In this document: piece after piece, positions 1 to 12,890 of the stretch
Position numbering within the stretch: the stretch's first letter is position 1
Layout of the letters: each line of letters starts with the position of its first letter
DNA from: Malacoraja senta
Lineage: Eukaryota
Reading direction: 5' to 3'
DNA: 64,000 nucleotides
NCBI GenBank assembly: GCA_038087875.1
Contig: CM076001.1
Coordinates: 2,232,001 to 2,296,000, forward strand
Notes under the pieces: generated by a model
Seen by the model: the letters and a program-made list of their open reading frames with translations, nothing else
What the model was told of the DNA's origin: nothing
The model's database searches: none
Made by a program: the position numbers and the translations under genes

Positions 1-2991
1 GTCGGAACTCGTGGACGCAACTTAGCGACTCTTGGCGCTAACGGCAGGTACCCGTAAAATGTGTTAACTCTTGAAAAAGTTCAAACATGTTTAAACTTTT
101 CCACGAGTAAAATGTACTCTTGTGGTTAAAAATTGAAACATTTAAACACGTTGTAAGAACGCAGTGGCCCGTGCGTTTACCTTAGTGACTCGTGAGACTA
201 CCGTGGGAACTCTTTAACTCAGCGGGCAGGCAGCATCTCTGGAGAGAAGGAATGGGTGATGGGATGACATTTCCAAATTGGGGGGGAGTGGGGGGTTGGA
301 GCAGGGAGGGAGGGGGGTGGAGGAGAGAGGGTGGAGAGTGGAGGGAGAGGAGGGGGAGACAGATGAGGGTGTCTTCATTCACTTGGGGCGGGTGCCGGTC
401 ACTGAAACAGGCAGGTGAGATTTCACATCCACCTTGTGTGTGTGTGTCTCTCTCTCTCACTCGCTTCCTCTCACACAGGCTGAGAGACTCTGCCTCTGTG
501 AGTGTACGTCTCTTTCGCCACCTCTCCCACACAGAAAGACCGAGGTAAGTCCATCTGTGTAAGTCCATCTGTGTCCCCCACATACACAGTAAAACTATGC
601 TTTGTGTGTATATACGTCTCCCCCATTTCTCTCTTCCCCCCACCTCTCTCCCCCCCCCACCTCTCTCTTTCTCACCCCACACACAATAAGATGTATTCTG
701 CTTTAGTCTCTCTTCCCTCCCACACACACACAGATAGACCGAGGTCCTGTGCGCTCTTTCTCTCCCCCCACAGTCACGCCGGAGTACACCACACTGCCTC
801 TGTGCCTCTCTCTCTCTGTCTCTCTCCCCCTCTCTCCTTCATACACCGTCAGAGTTCCACACTGTCTCTGTGTCTCTCTCTCCCCTACACACACACACAC
901 ACAGACTGAGGTACACACTGCCCGTTGTGTGTGTGTGTCTGCCTCTGTCTCCCACACACACAGTTAAAGGTACTCCACGCTTCCTGTGTGTGTGTGTGTG
1001 TCTCTCTCTCTCTCGCTCTCTCTCTCTCTGTGTGTCCCACCCCCCACACCCACACACACACCCCACACACACACTCAGCCAGAGGAACTCCACACTGTGT
1101 GTGTGTGTGTGTGCGCCTCTGTCTCTCCCTATCACAATCAGTGAGGTACTCCCCCCGCAGTCTCTCCGCGGCCTCTCCCCGGGCAGGGTGCATCAGCCTC
1201 CCTCAGCTCTGATACGGTAAATAATTATAAGATTACCGCTGAAATGTTGTTAAAGGCAGCAAGTTTCACTGCACAAGTAAAGGGTCAGCTGTCCTCGCCA
1301 GAACTAATAAACAGTTATTTTGCAAATTTAAGGGATTTAATAGTTAGTATCAGAACACAGTATTTTACTACATGTCTCAAAATGAGAAAAAAAATCTTAT
1401 AGGATATATTATTTTACAAAGACCAGGTCTCCCACCATTGACTCCATTTACATTCCACGATGCCTCAAAACATATATAATCTAAGAGTTGTCCCATCCCG
1501 GTCATTTCTTCTTGTCCTTGCTCCCGTCCGGCGGGCAGTACAGAAGTTTGAAAGCGCCAGCCTCAGGAACAGCTACTTCCCCTCTATTATCAGGTTTCTT
1601 TAAGGTCTTTCTATAACCGAAGGTAATGTCCGATTCACCTCTGCCTCATTACTGACATTTGGACTCTCTGTGCAACTGGTGCGGTGCAATGCTGAGAACT
1701 GTATTCTGCACTCTGTATACTGCACTTCGATTCATACTTGAGATTGACCATTATAATTAAGTATAACATTATTTGATCTCATATAGTCTGTCATACAACA
1801 CGGAAACAGCTTATTTGGTCCAATTTCTCCATGCCGAACATGGCGCCCCACATTCCAGCGTATGACCCATATCCTTCCAAACAGATTTAAAAACACAACA
1901 GTGCCTTCAGTGGATTTATTTCTAAATTTAAAAAAAAATATTGATAAAAAGATGTACAGGATATGCAATACACCAATGCCATGTGTAATTTCAAAAATAA
2001 TCTTTCTCCCGAATAAAATATGTATAAAACAAAAATCTTTTCCTAGATTCTCAGTGGTTAATGCCTTCGGTATTTTTCTAATATAAACTTTACTCAGAAT
2101 ACGAAATGCGCACAAACCAAAAACAGTGCAATGCATTATCAGTGTCTATACATTCAATAGTGTCAGGACTGTTTCCATCTATATTTAAACAAAACTCTCT
2201 TGTCGCTATGTGCCCCTTGGGGTGATATCCCTACCCTTGTCTGACGGGTCCCCATTTCAATATCCTGCAGCGGAAGGGCCATAGACTGTGGTCCAAATGA
2301 ACTGCACGTAAATGTAATGCAGATACAAATATTCTGCGTCTGTGTCTGCCATTTCCGTCTTTATGGCTTTCATGTCACGATTGCCAGTTCAATGAGTAAT
2401 TCGGCTTAATTCAGATTTTATATGCGGATGCGAATAGATTAATTATAAAGTGTAAATTCTATTAAATATGTTACAGGGAAAAACATTGATGTCCAGCAAT
2501 GAAAAGACATCCCTGTATTTAAATAGCGCCCATCACAAACTCAGGAGGTTCTAACGTCTATTACAGTAAAGGTGAACGTACTTGGATAAACATAATGTTG
2601 AGCATGAATATTGTTGCGTTTAAAAACGGTGGTAACAAGGCTTGTAATTATGCAAAGGCAGACAAAAAATGCAGGAGAAACTCAGCGGGTGAGGCAGCAC
2701 CTACGGAGAGAAGAGATATGCGACGTTTCGGGTCGAAACACTTCTTCGGTCACTGTTGCTTATTAAAACAGACCTTCATTCACGCTTGGCTCAAGAGTAC
2801 CTCGGGAGAGGAACTTGATAACTCGGGTGACGAACTTGGAACATCGCAGAAATGACAGGTAACGGCAAACTTGAGTCATACCCGTGGGAACTCGGTTTAA
2901 CTCTTGATCATACACTTGGAATCTCGTGCACAACCACGAGTCTTTCGCTCGGGGTACCTCGTGGGTCAGCTCGCACAGTGTGACAGGGCCA
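1..2991. mobile_element. Non-autonomous PIF/Harbinger-type DNA transposon (left end lies outside the window)
   Basis: Right TIR ...CTCGTGGGTCAGCTCGCACAGTGTGACAGGGCCA ends at 2991 and is followed by TTA. The sequence is colinear with the complete copy at 22478-25581 (offset 22573). No transposase ORF. Confidence 0.75.
430..1135. repeat. (CT)n/(CA)n/(GT)n low-complexity minisatellite inside the Harbinger-type element
   Basis: Microsatellite tracts interleaved with a recurring GAGGTAC(T/A)C core. Near-identical copy at ~23003-23711. Confidence 0.85.
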
Positions 2992-3399
2992 TTAGCAGGA
3001 GGGAAGATAAAAAAACTGGCATACAAACAGAAACTTTAGTGCCATTATGAACGATACCGAGATTGAAAATGTATCGCTTATTGGCGACGAGGATAAACAT
3101 AATCTTCTTCATCTGTGTGCTCCCTTCATTGGCGATATTAGGCTCGATTGGGGAATACAATGTTGCTCACTGCAGCTGAGCGCAGTACATCGAGTCCTTT
3201 ATTGCAACGTCATCGCAGACGCGGACAAGAGGAGAGCGATACCACACTTGCTCATTGATAGCACCGCGGAAGCATGGCGCGGCTCCTATTTCTGAGTTGG
3301 TGTCAACCATGCATCAACACCGGCCCCCGAATCCATCCGTGGTCGTCAAAAGAAAAGGGCTCGATGAGCGGAAACGATGACGAAGTGAGTCTGTGTAAC

Positions 3400-5370
3400 C
3401 TTCAACACATCACGTGATCCTGCGTGCCTCCTCTATGTGTTTGCAAAAACTCATATTGACACTTCCTACTTGCAGCAGGAAGCCCTATCTGCCACCCTCT
3501 TTCTGCCGTATGCCAGGATACTGGTCCCAACAGGGTTCAAGTGAACACATTTCCAGCAAATGGTTTTATGTTTTTGCTGCAGATTACATCACTCCTCATC
3601 TGTTGTTTCGGTGTAACCACAGGGTGAGTGAGAGACAAAACGATTAGGAAATAGGAGGGGCAACGTGGTTCCAGTCACTTGGAGGCCAGGGCGGACGTTA
3701 GTGGCGAAGTTAATAATATTAGCCTGTACTGCATGGTTCCAAGAGGCAGCCCACAAGCCGTAGTCCGCGCAGGGGAGGCCGAATGGGGAAATTTGCGAGA
3801 ATGTGTTTGGAACAAAGGATGCTCCATATGGACAACGAAGAAACAGGCATCGTACCAAGCCCTGCCATTATCTACATCCGTCTCCCATTCACCAGAGTCC
3901 ATCCACTAATCCGCAGGTGGGGATTCACCGTTCGTGTACTACATCTCGTCTCACGCATTTCATTTTTTTGTACAATGTCTGGCAGGCGCCGCTAAGTTCC
4001 TCCAACACATAATTTTATTTACCCTGCACATTCCAGCACCTCTAGTCATTTGTGACTTGCCTCTAATGCAATACAATGTTTTCATTTGCGCAAGGCAAAT
4101 GTAATAGCTGCTGCATCATAAGGAAACCAGAAAATGAACAACGCATTGCGAAATTGCCAACCGTGTTCTCTTCCCTGGAATAAATATACTTTGGCCTGAT
4201 TTACACGGAATTGGATCAATTTCTGATTGCTTTCAAGAATGGACTGGAAGGCTGTTCTGGTAGAAAGGGTAACATATACGGAATAAACGCTTAGCACGAA
4301 CCTAATTCCTGCATAAGGAAGCGAAAAAAGCAAGATGAAAATTATCTTTATTTCAAATAAAGAAACGTTGCTACATAAAAATCTCTTCGTTGAATTGGAT
4401 ATCTTTCTGAAAATTGTAGGCGTGTCTTAAAATGTTCGAATGTTATTGATCTGCCTGAACTCAGCTGCGAAAATAAGTGATCGGCAGAATAACCTGGTAT
4501 TTTATTGTAATAGAGGGAATGGATCGTCAATTGCAGTGTACACAAGTGTGTATCCCGGTTAGTTGGTCAATCGGGTAACTACACTGCAAGCGTATTTGCC
4601 AAATACTCCGACTAATCACATATCTACAGAGTCGAACTTTGGGGCACTGCTACTGCCACGGTATATTTTATCTGAATACAGTAATCGTTGAGGCGGAGCT
4701 TGGGGTGAACAACGTCGGGTGAATATCGGTAACAAGAATTTTGTAAGAGAATTATAAAGTTGGGCATCAAGTCGCCAAAGATTTCCACACCGGCGCGCGC
4801 TCTTCAAAATAACAGCGACAAGAATTTCTCAATTAATTCAATGAATTATCTTACAACATAATAAAACTAATGCCACTGATAACAATATTAAAACAATCGA
4901 GCGTTGTCAGGGGCTGAAAGGAGATAACGGCAAAGGCACTAGTAGGGGCGATATGTGGGCAATGGCTTTGTAAAATGGCACAGAGGAGACGTTAAGATAA
5001 AGGCATGGAATCAGAGATTGAGATGAAGATTTGAACGCCAAAAACGCTCCTGTACTTGAACAACAGTATGTCACACTTCATATTGCTGCAAATTGTTTTT
5101 TTGGCTGTTCATCTCCAGTTTCAATTATGAGATCCACTCCTCGCTTCATCAAACATTTACCAGATCACTATTCATTCGAGGAGGAGAAGGCTATTTTGTT
5201 ATTTTGAAGGTATTTTTACCGTATGCAAATATTTTTGGACTTTGTGCCTATCTTTATTATTCTCAGCGAAAATGCGCTGTGTTCATATACCAACATTCAC
5301 GGTGTGCTCCCAAACCGCAAAGTATTCGCGTGAATTATTCATCCTGCCCACCATTCCAACCCAACCAAAT
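3400..5370 (-). mobile_element. Ancient L1-like LINE ORF2 remnant (RT to C-terminus)
   Basis: Broken minus-strand frames resemble L1 motifs in the expected order: LTSPLCHFTKPL (~LSPLLFAIEPL), LLSAPDNARLF (~ISLYADDVLLY), GSSSAPKF (~GGLTLPNF), SITFEHFK...DFY (~SFEQL...FFxY), GLVRCLFLRCP (~HCFxxCP). Many stops. Copies at ~14900-16830 and ~25990-36905 (interrupted). Confidence 0.5.
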
Positions 5371-5379
5371 TAAATTCCG

Positions 5380-5680
5380 AGCGGCCACGGTGGCACAGCG
5401 GTAGAGTTGCTGCCTTACAGCACTTGCAGCGCCGGAGTCACGAGATCGATCCCGAATACGGGTGCTGTCCGTACGGAGTTTGTAGGTTCTCGCCGTGACC
5501 TCGTGGGTTTTCTCCGAGATCCGTGGCGTACACGTATGTAGGTTAATTGCCTTGGTGTAAGTGTAAATTGTCCCTAGTGTGTGTTGAATAATGTTAATGT
5601 GTGGGGGTCGCTGGTCGGTGCGGTCTCGGTGGGCCGAGGGACCTGTTTCTCCTTTGTATCTCTAAACAAAACTGAATTAA
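5380..5680 (+). mobile_element. HE1-like tRNA-derived SINE
   Basis: GGCCACGGTGGCACAGCGGTAGAG head with A box, degenerate B box, GGGCCGAGGGACCTGTTTC core and CTAAAC-type tail. Confidence 0.8.
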
Positions 5681-7042
5681 ATTTATTTGTCGAATGAACT
5701 AAATTGTATTATAACCGTTGATGCCCCATCCCTCAAATACCTCTCACCCCTCTACTATGGCACAGTGGTGAAGATTTCTGGGGAGTTTTCACCTGAGGTG
5801 CTGACTGTGTGGTGTCTGCAGGTTATCCATGCGACCGCTTATCTTTCCTCCTGATTCCCAGCATATCTCGAATGTCTTGCGAGATTGTAGATCAATTTGC
5901 CTTCATGCGTAGGGAGCAGATGCGAAAGTAAGAACTAGTGTGGACGGGTGGGAGATTGTCGACGTTGAATTAAGGGCCTGTTTCCATGTTGCATCTTAAC
6001 ACCAAACAATTGATGGTGTCGGGGATTGAAGAATAAATTAATTATAGAGTCATAAAGTCATACACCATGGAAACAGGTCCTTCGGCCGAACTTGCCCACG
6101 ACGACCAACATGCCCCATCTGAAGACGTCTGAAGAAGGGTCTCGACCCGAAACGTCAATCATTACTTCTCTCCAGAAATGCTGCCTGTCCCGCTGAGTTA
6201 CTCCAGCATTTAGTACACCCGCCTGCCTGCGTGTTGCCCATATCCCTCTAAACCTGTCCAATCCATGTCCTTGTCTAAATGTTTCTTCAACGTTGCGATT
6301 GTCCCTGCCTTAACTGCCTCCTCCGGCAGCTCGTTCCATACACCGCCCAGTATGTGTGGAAAAAGTTACCTCTCGGGTTGCCATTAACAACCCCGCCCAC
6401 ACACACAAACACGCACACACACCCCGCACTCCCCTCCCCCCCCCCTCCACCTAATACCCATGTCCTCGGGTTCTTGCTTCCCCTATTCTGAGTAAGATAT
6501 TCTGCGCCTACCCGATAAATTACGATCTATTGGACGAACAAGAGAACGTGCAAACTTCACACCGACAACGGCGAGGTCAGGTTCTCATCCGTGTCTCTGG
6601 TGCTGTCGGAGCAGTGGACCAACCCTCTTTAGCAGCCTGGGCTAAAATAGATTATTAATGGCATTGTGATCATTATAATCGGCGCGAAATGATCACAACT
6701 CATGGGAGACTTTGGATAAAGAAATTCGGAATCCGAATAAAACAAGGAACATTCCTAATACCGCGTTTTATGAGAAGCTGGGAAGCTGCCATACTTTCAT
6801 TTCGAAGCTGTGGTACGGAGAGAGAGAGACGGAGCAAAGAATAGAAAAGAACAGGGACCACTAACGGAAGGAAGAGACACAGGGTTGACAGATCTCAGCG
6901 AATAGGAAGCAAGCCACCGGCGCACCTGGGCAAATCGTACCAAAAACGACGTTGGAAACAATTCTCAGAATGACAGGAAACCGCGATCAGGAACCCGTAT
7001 GAGGCTTGCATTGGATTCCAACCAGAGCCACGAGGCGCCTGG

Positions 7043-7080
7043 TGTTTCTGTACGGGTGTATACTGATTCCCATCACTGTG
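7043..7080 (-). other. Recombination signal sequence, 22-bp spacer
   Basis: Minus strand: CACAGTG (7080-7074), spacer ATGGGAATCAGTATACACCCGT (22 nt), nonamer ACAGAAACA (7051-7043), directly after the V exon. Confidence 0.9.
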
Positions 7081-7546
7081 CGGCTCAACGTGCAGTAATA
7101 AACTGCAGAGTCGCTCAGCTCCAGATCTGAGATGGTCAAACTGATGAATTTACTCCCGGTGCGGAGTTCGACAGAGAAACGACTTTTAGCAAACTCCGCT
7201 TTCCGTTCATAGCCATCGCTGTCTTTCCGTAAAATGTACTCGGGCTCTGAGCCGGGCATCTGTCGATACCAGTCTATCCTGTAGGCACCCGGGGTTTTGT
7301 ATGTGCATTCCAACGTCACTGCTTCTCCTTCTGTCTTCACTGCTAATGGCGGCGACTGAGTGACGGAATCTGCACGGCCGTGATCTGTAAAAATAGACCC
7401 AAACGGGAAAAAATGATCGGACCTGCGAGATTTAAAGTCTGAGATTCATACCCTGTTTCACAAGTAAAAGGGAAAAGAAATGCATGTGTGTCACTATTAC
7501 TTATCAAAAATGTTCCCCACGCCATCCAGATAATGAGGAACCACAT
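7081..7546 (-). CDS. TRAV/TRDV: T-cell receptor alpha/delta V segment, intact (family 1)
   Basis: 46-nt leader exon 7546-7501 (MWFLIIWMAWGTFLI), GT-AG intron 7500-7385, V exon 7384-7081: DSVTQSPPLAVKTEGEAVTLECTY...WYRQ...FSVELRTGSKFISLTISDLELSDSAVYYCTLSR. Canonical Cys, Trp and YYC; RSS follows. Confidence 0.93.
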
Positions 7547-7844
7547 GGTGTCTATCAGCTGAGTTGTTGATGTGTCGTCTGCAAACAGAGCGTTCCCTCG
7601 TTGTTGCGACGTGTCTCCGTTGGCTCTCCAATAGCGGTGACCGAGGTGGCTTCTATCTGGTGACGGAACAGCTGCGCTGGAGTCACTGCACTTATAAGGG
7701 AAAATCTGAAGCAATAAAATCAAAATAGTGTTACCCAAGGAGCTCGGTGTTATATGATGAGCAAACGTAAAGACACGTACAGTATATACCTGAAAGTCAT
7801 TGTGCATTGAACGGCTCCTAAATCATGTCTGTGAGTTTCATTAA

Positions 7845-8020
7845 GTTCAGTTTAGTTTAGCTTAGTTCAATTCAGTTTAGTTTAGTTTCATTTCGTTTAA
7901 TTGAGTTCAATTCAGTTCAGTTAAGTCAAGTTAAGTTAAGTTTAGTTTAGTTTAGTTTAGTTTAGTTTGGTTTATTTTAGTTTAGTTTCGTTTAGTTTAG
8001 TTTAGTTTGGCTTAGATCAG
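7845..8020. repeat. (TTTAG/TTCAG)n pentamer microsatellite
   Basis: Tandem TTTAG/TTCAG/TTAAG. Homologous tracts at ~19300-19390 and ~36930-37070. Confidence 0.9.
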
Positions 8021-8801
8021 TTTATTAATGTCACGTATAATGAGAAATAGTAAAATAAAGCGGATTTTTTGCGTTCTAAGCAGTCAAAGAAAAGACTGTA
8101 CATATCTTCGTGTGTACACTTAGGGACTGGGGGGTAGAGTGAAAGAACGCTGGACATATAAATGCCCCTTATGGACCAGCGCGGCTTTACTCCTTGAAAG
8201 GGGACAATGGGGATATACCGTCCCTTGGAATCCTCCAAATTCGCCACAGTTCCAATGAGTTACTTCCAAACCTCTGCGAAGGACTGCATGTCCCCCGAGT
8301 GAATGCCGTGCACCCTCACCTCTGCACGTAATGCTGCAATCACACGTGTCCAATGCACCTTTTCCCCGTTTATCCTCATAGCGTCACGGTCTATATTTGT
8401 CTCTGCTTGTCCCGTTGCTATATTGTTGTACTTGGCACAATAAACCGTTGTTCATAGCATCACTCCTGTATACCGCCCTTTTCCATACTTTCCTGCTGCC
8501 TACACGAGTTCTCTCCAGAGTTGACCTTCTTTCGGCGGTGAAACTGACGGAGGTTGAAATGTTGAGCAGCATTGAAAGTAGCGGAGAATCTCAGTATCCC
8601 AGGCTTCATCTGTACAGGAAAATAGATAGGCGATGTTTAGGATCAATAGACCAGAATCAGACCAACGAAGGGTTCCGACTCGAAACGTCGCCCTATCCAT
8701 TCCCTTCCCGGATGCTACGCGACCTGCTGAGCAATCCGGTGCTATACGTTTTACTGTCGGTGGTTCAGTATATGCGAATTTTTATACAAGGATATCGAAC
8801 T

Positions 8802-9295
8802 ACAGCGTAGGTTTACAAGGTTAATTCCCGGGGTGGCGGGACTGTCATATGCCGAGAGAATAGAGCGACTGGGCTTGTACACTCTGGAGTTTAGAAGGAT
8901 GAGAGGAGATCTTATTGAAACATATGAGATTGTTAAGGGTTTGGACACGTTAGAGGCTGGAAACATGTTCCCGATGTTGGGGGAGTCCAGAACCATGGGC
9001 GACGGTTTAAGAGTAAGGGGTAAGCCATTTAGAACGGAGACGAGGAAACACTTTTTCTCACAGAGAGTTGAGAGTCTGTGGAATTCTCTCCCTCGGAAGG
9101 CGGTGGAGGCTGGTTTTCTGGATACTTTCAAGAGATAGCTAGATAGGGCTCTTAAAGACAGCGGAGTCAGGGGATATGGGGAGAAGACAGGAACGGGGTA
9201 CTGATTGTGGATGATAAGCCATGATAACATTGAATGGCGGTGCTGCCTGGAATGGCCTACTCCTGCACCTATTGTCTATTGTCTACTGTCTATTA
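8802..9295 (+). mobile_element. CR1-type LINE 3' fragment
   Basis: ORF 8833-9138 (LSYAERIERLGLYTLEFRRMRGDLIETYEI...FFSQRVESLWNSLP) plus a CTATTGT tail. Absent at the homologous position of unit 3 (~37870). Confidence 0.88.
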
Positions 9296-10596
9296 ACAGA
9301 AGAGATAAATCTGCTTATCTCCCCTTTGATACTGTCTGCTTACTGTCCATCATGAATTTCCTGTTAAGTTACCCGTGAATTACGTGAGAAAATCAATGCG
9401 GTACAATTACTAAGTTACCTGTTGCCCGTTGTATCACGGTCGTCACTGCCAACTACCTGTCTCCTGAAGCACAAATGCGGCCAGCAAAGTTGGTTCAATC
9501 GCAACTGGTTATTGGGCAGCGCCTACATCGCCGTGTTGCATCTATCGCCCAACCAACTGCTCTTCTCAGATCTACTCCAAATTTTACAACGCAATCCGTC
9601 ATCACTGCTAACATTTACACTACATTCCAGGAATAGACTACGTAAATGATTCTGTAGAGGTGCAAGCGATCACGAGGGGAATAAACAGCGTGAATTCACA
9701 GAGTATTTTACACAGAGTTGGGTCTTTCGAATCAAGGGCCTGAGGACAACCGTTTAAGGTGAGACGGAGAGACAATTAATAGAAACTTGAGGAAAAGCTT
9801 TTTTCACTCAATGGGTGGAGGGTGTATGGAACGAGCTGCCAGTGGAGGTTGTTGGGCCAGTCACTATCTCAACATTTAAAAGACATTTCGATTAGGTACA
9901 TGAAGTGGAAAGGTTTAGAGGAATATGGGCCAAACGCAGGCAGATTGGACTAGCATAGATGGGGCATTTTCTTCGATGTGGGCGGATTGAGCGGATGGGC
10001 TATTTCCATGCTGTATACTGCCATGACTCGGCAAATCGACTGCACAGCAGATGATGTACGACATATAGTTCCCAATCCAACAACACCTCTCAAATCAATT
10101 ACCTCTGCAACCAAAAAATGATGAGCAGCGTGTGCATGGTGCCAAGGGCAGCGAACAGTGGCTACCACTCCCCGTTTCTCTCTCACACACACAGACACAC
10201 ACATTCACACACACACAACCACCGACCAATATGTCCCATCTACACTAATCCCACCAGCCTGTGCTTGGCCCATATTCCTCCATGTTACCAGCCCCCCAGT
10301 GATCCTTTCCGTGTACCTGTTTAAAGCGTTGCACTACCTACATCGGCTGTTCGATCCAAATAACCACCACCATTTGTGTAAAAAAGTTACCCCTCTGGTT
10401 CCTATTAAATCCCCACCACACACACACACCTTAACCCTGTATCCTCTGGTTCGCTATTCCCCTATATGGGGCATGTGCGGTTCCCGATCTTTTCCACTCG
10501 TGATTTTGTATACCTCTGTAAGATCACCCTTCCTCCCCCTGCGCATCAAGGAATAAAGTCCTAGCCAACTCATCCTCACCATGTAGCTCAGTGGCA

Positions 10597-10915
10597 TGGC
10601 GGCACGGTGGCATAGCGGTATAGCTACTTCCTTACTGCGCCAGAGGCCTGGGTATCCTGGCTCCCGGTGCTTGTATGTACACAGTTTGTACGCTCTCCCC
10701 GTGACTTGCGTGCGTTTTCTCCGAGATCTTATGTTTCCGCCCACACTCCAAAGACGTACATGTTTGTAGGTTAATTGGATTGTTATAAATGAAAAATTGT
10801 CCCACGTGTGTGTAGGGTATTGTTGATGTGCGGGGATCACTGGTAGGTGCGGACTCGTGGGCCGAAGGGCCAGTTTTCGCGCAGTATCTCTAAACTACGC
10901 CACGAAACAAAACTC
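10597..10915 (+). mobile_element. HE1-like SINE
   Basis: GGCGGCACGGTGGCATAGCGG head, GGGCCGAAGGGCC core and CTAAACTA tail. Confidence 0.8.
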
Positions 10916-11616
10916 ACTCCCTTGGGGGCTGGCAACATAATCTCAAATCTTCTCTGCACCCTTTCCTGCTTGACAACATCTTTCATATGACTGCGCAAAA
11001 CGGAACGCAATACACTAAAGGAAGCCTCGCATCCTAACTCGCATCTCTCTCGCATCGAATCCATTCCTTGCGGTTCGATCTGGGAATGGGATCTGGGACC
11101 TCTTAAATTCTAAGAGATACATTTAAACGGAAAAGGCAATCAACGTAACATATAAATCCATCATTGACACGGTGCTCACAGTTCCTTTACATTACGATAC
11201 CATAACCCATATAATATGTTATTATATGGGTTATGGTCTGAGCGCAGGTATATGGGACTAGGGGAGAATACGTGTACGGCACGGACTAGGAGGATCGAGA
11301 TGGCCTGTTTCCGTGCTGTAATTGTTATATGTTATATGTTATATGATACCTTAGTGTTCCTCACGCGGCGGAGCCGAGTTTCCCCTGTTACAGCAATGAC
11401 GACGTTTCCTTCGCCACCCACTCACTACATGCCTAACCTGAAAAAACGTTGACGGAGTCCCAATTCGGAAGTAAGCTGGGGTAGGCGGAAGTCTGTCAGT
11501 TCCCGCCCATCGTTACCACAGCGCCACCAGCACCAACAGTAGAGGCGAGAACATTCGAAAGCCGCACAGCACCAGGTCGTGGAAGGGAATTTCACAAAGG
11601 GGTTTTCACAGGGAAA

Positions 11617-12546
11617 ATGTGCATATTTGCCATTTGGATTGTGTGGGGAGCATGCCTGATAGGTAAAGGCGCAGCAGTTAATCATGCTACTTACTCCGAC
11701 GGGTCATCGACCATCATTGTGAATGCGAACCGGTCTAATATTTCCCTATATGTAAATGGAAAGCCGGGTATTATTTAATCGACATCCACATGCCATGGAA
11801 AAAATGAATTGGAATAGGTAATGTTTCGGGTCGATACCCTTCTTCAGGTCACCTATTCCTTTTGTCAAGAGAGGCAGGGTGACCCGCTGAGTTACTCCAG
11901 CTTTCCGTGTCTAACTTCGGTTTAAGTCAGCATCTGCAGTTCCTTACTACCTCTCAGACGCGGCAATGCTCGATTCACCTCGATATGCAAGGGAGTAATG
12001 CGATGCATATCTACCCCAGTGTCGACATTGGCCTTTGTCTCTGGAACTAATTCGCTATAATAATATGACCTTTATTCTGCACTTGCTATTTTCCCTTGAT
12101 CTATCTATTGAACGTGCGTTCGGTTTGATTGTATTTAAGTATATTATCAGTTGATCTGTTTGGGTAGCATGTAATACAAAGATCTTCCGCGTATTTTTGG
12201 TGCACGCATAACAAACCTAAATCTAATCCTTTTTTTCAGATCCCAATCAAGGAGATACCGTCACACAATCGCTGCCGTCAGCACAGAAGGTAGAAGGACA
12301 GTCGATGACTTTCAGCTGCACCTATGATACCGCAGAAACGTATTATTACTTATTTTGGTACCGGCATCATCAGGACTCAAGGCCCGAGTTCATACTGCAT
12401 ACATATTATAGTGGTTCCGAGGAGAAAGCCGATTTTGCAGGCGCTCGCTTCTCTGCCCAGCTCCAGACCGATAGTAAATTAGTCCGTTTAACCCTATCGG
12501 GGCTGGAGCTGAGCGACTCTGCAGTTTATTACTGCGCCCTGAGCCT
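11617..12546 (+). CDS. TRAV/TRDV: T-cell receptor alpha/delta V segment, intact (family 2, copy a)
   Basis: Leader exon 11617-11662 (MCIFAIWIVWGACLI, donor GTAAAG), intron 11663-12239, V exon 12240-12546: DTVTQSLPSAQKVEGQSMTFSCTY...LFWYRH...FSAQLQTDSKLVRLTLSGLELSDSAVYYCALSL. Confidence 0.93.
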
Positions 12547-12585
12547 CACAGTGATGGAAACAAGTGGACCCTTCCTACAAAAACA
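12547..12585 (+). other. Recombination signal sequence, 23-bp spacer
   Basis: CACAGTG, 23-nt spacer, nonamer ACAAAAACA. Confidence 0.95.
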
Positions 12586-12890
12586 TCAGCTTCTGCTTTG
12601 CCTGCTGCAGCGAGATACGTCTGCACCGCGCTTGGTGGTTGTGGTTTCCCGCCGCCTGAGAATTCTTCCCAACTCACTCAGTTTCTCTCGAGGGCGGCTT
12701 GCGGTATCATCGGCGCAGCTGAAACCCGCCAACTCCCTTTCTGTGCTCTGTGCTGAGGGCGGCATCTGTGTGAACAGAATCGCCATGTCTGGCGTCTGGA
12801 AAACACATGGATTGGGTTTAGATGTATAATGGTCAGAGATACAGTGATAAACTATGCTTTGCATACCAGCTAGCAGATGAGATAACGATC

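Noticed and set aside
182-1220. Many ORFs rich in V/C/S/L/H/T/R (and their copies at 22755-23796)
   Set aside because: Translations of CT/CA microsatellite sequence.
2974-2980. Perfect CACAGTG heptamer in the Harbinger TIR (also 25564-25570 and 22489-22495) as a RAG/Transib-like end
   Set aside because: The heptamer is internal to the TIR, there is no nonamer at 12 or 23 nt, and the TSD is TTA rather than 5 bp.
5380-5460. tRNA genes at SINE heads
   Set aside because: The A/B-box heads continue into the HE1-like body with no complete cloverleaf or terminator.
5759-5765. Other CACAGTG/CACTGTG matches (5759, 17158, 19991, 26729, 62633, 63435) as D/J RSSs
   Set aside because: They lie in SINE heads, LTRs or CR1 tails, lack nonamers, and no FGxG J motif with a splice donor was found.
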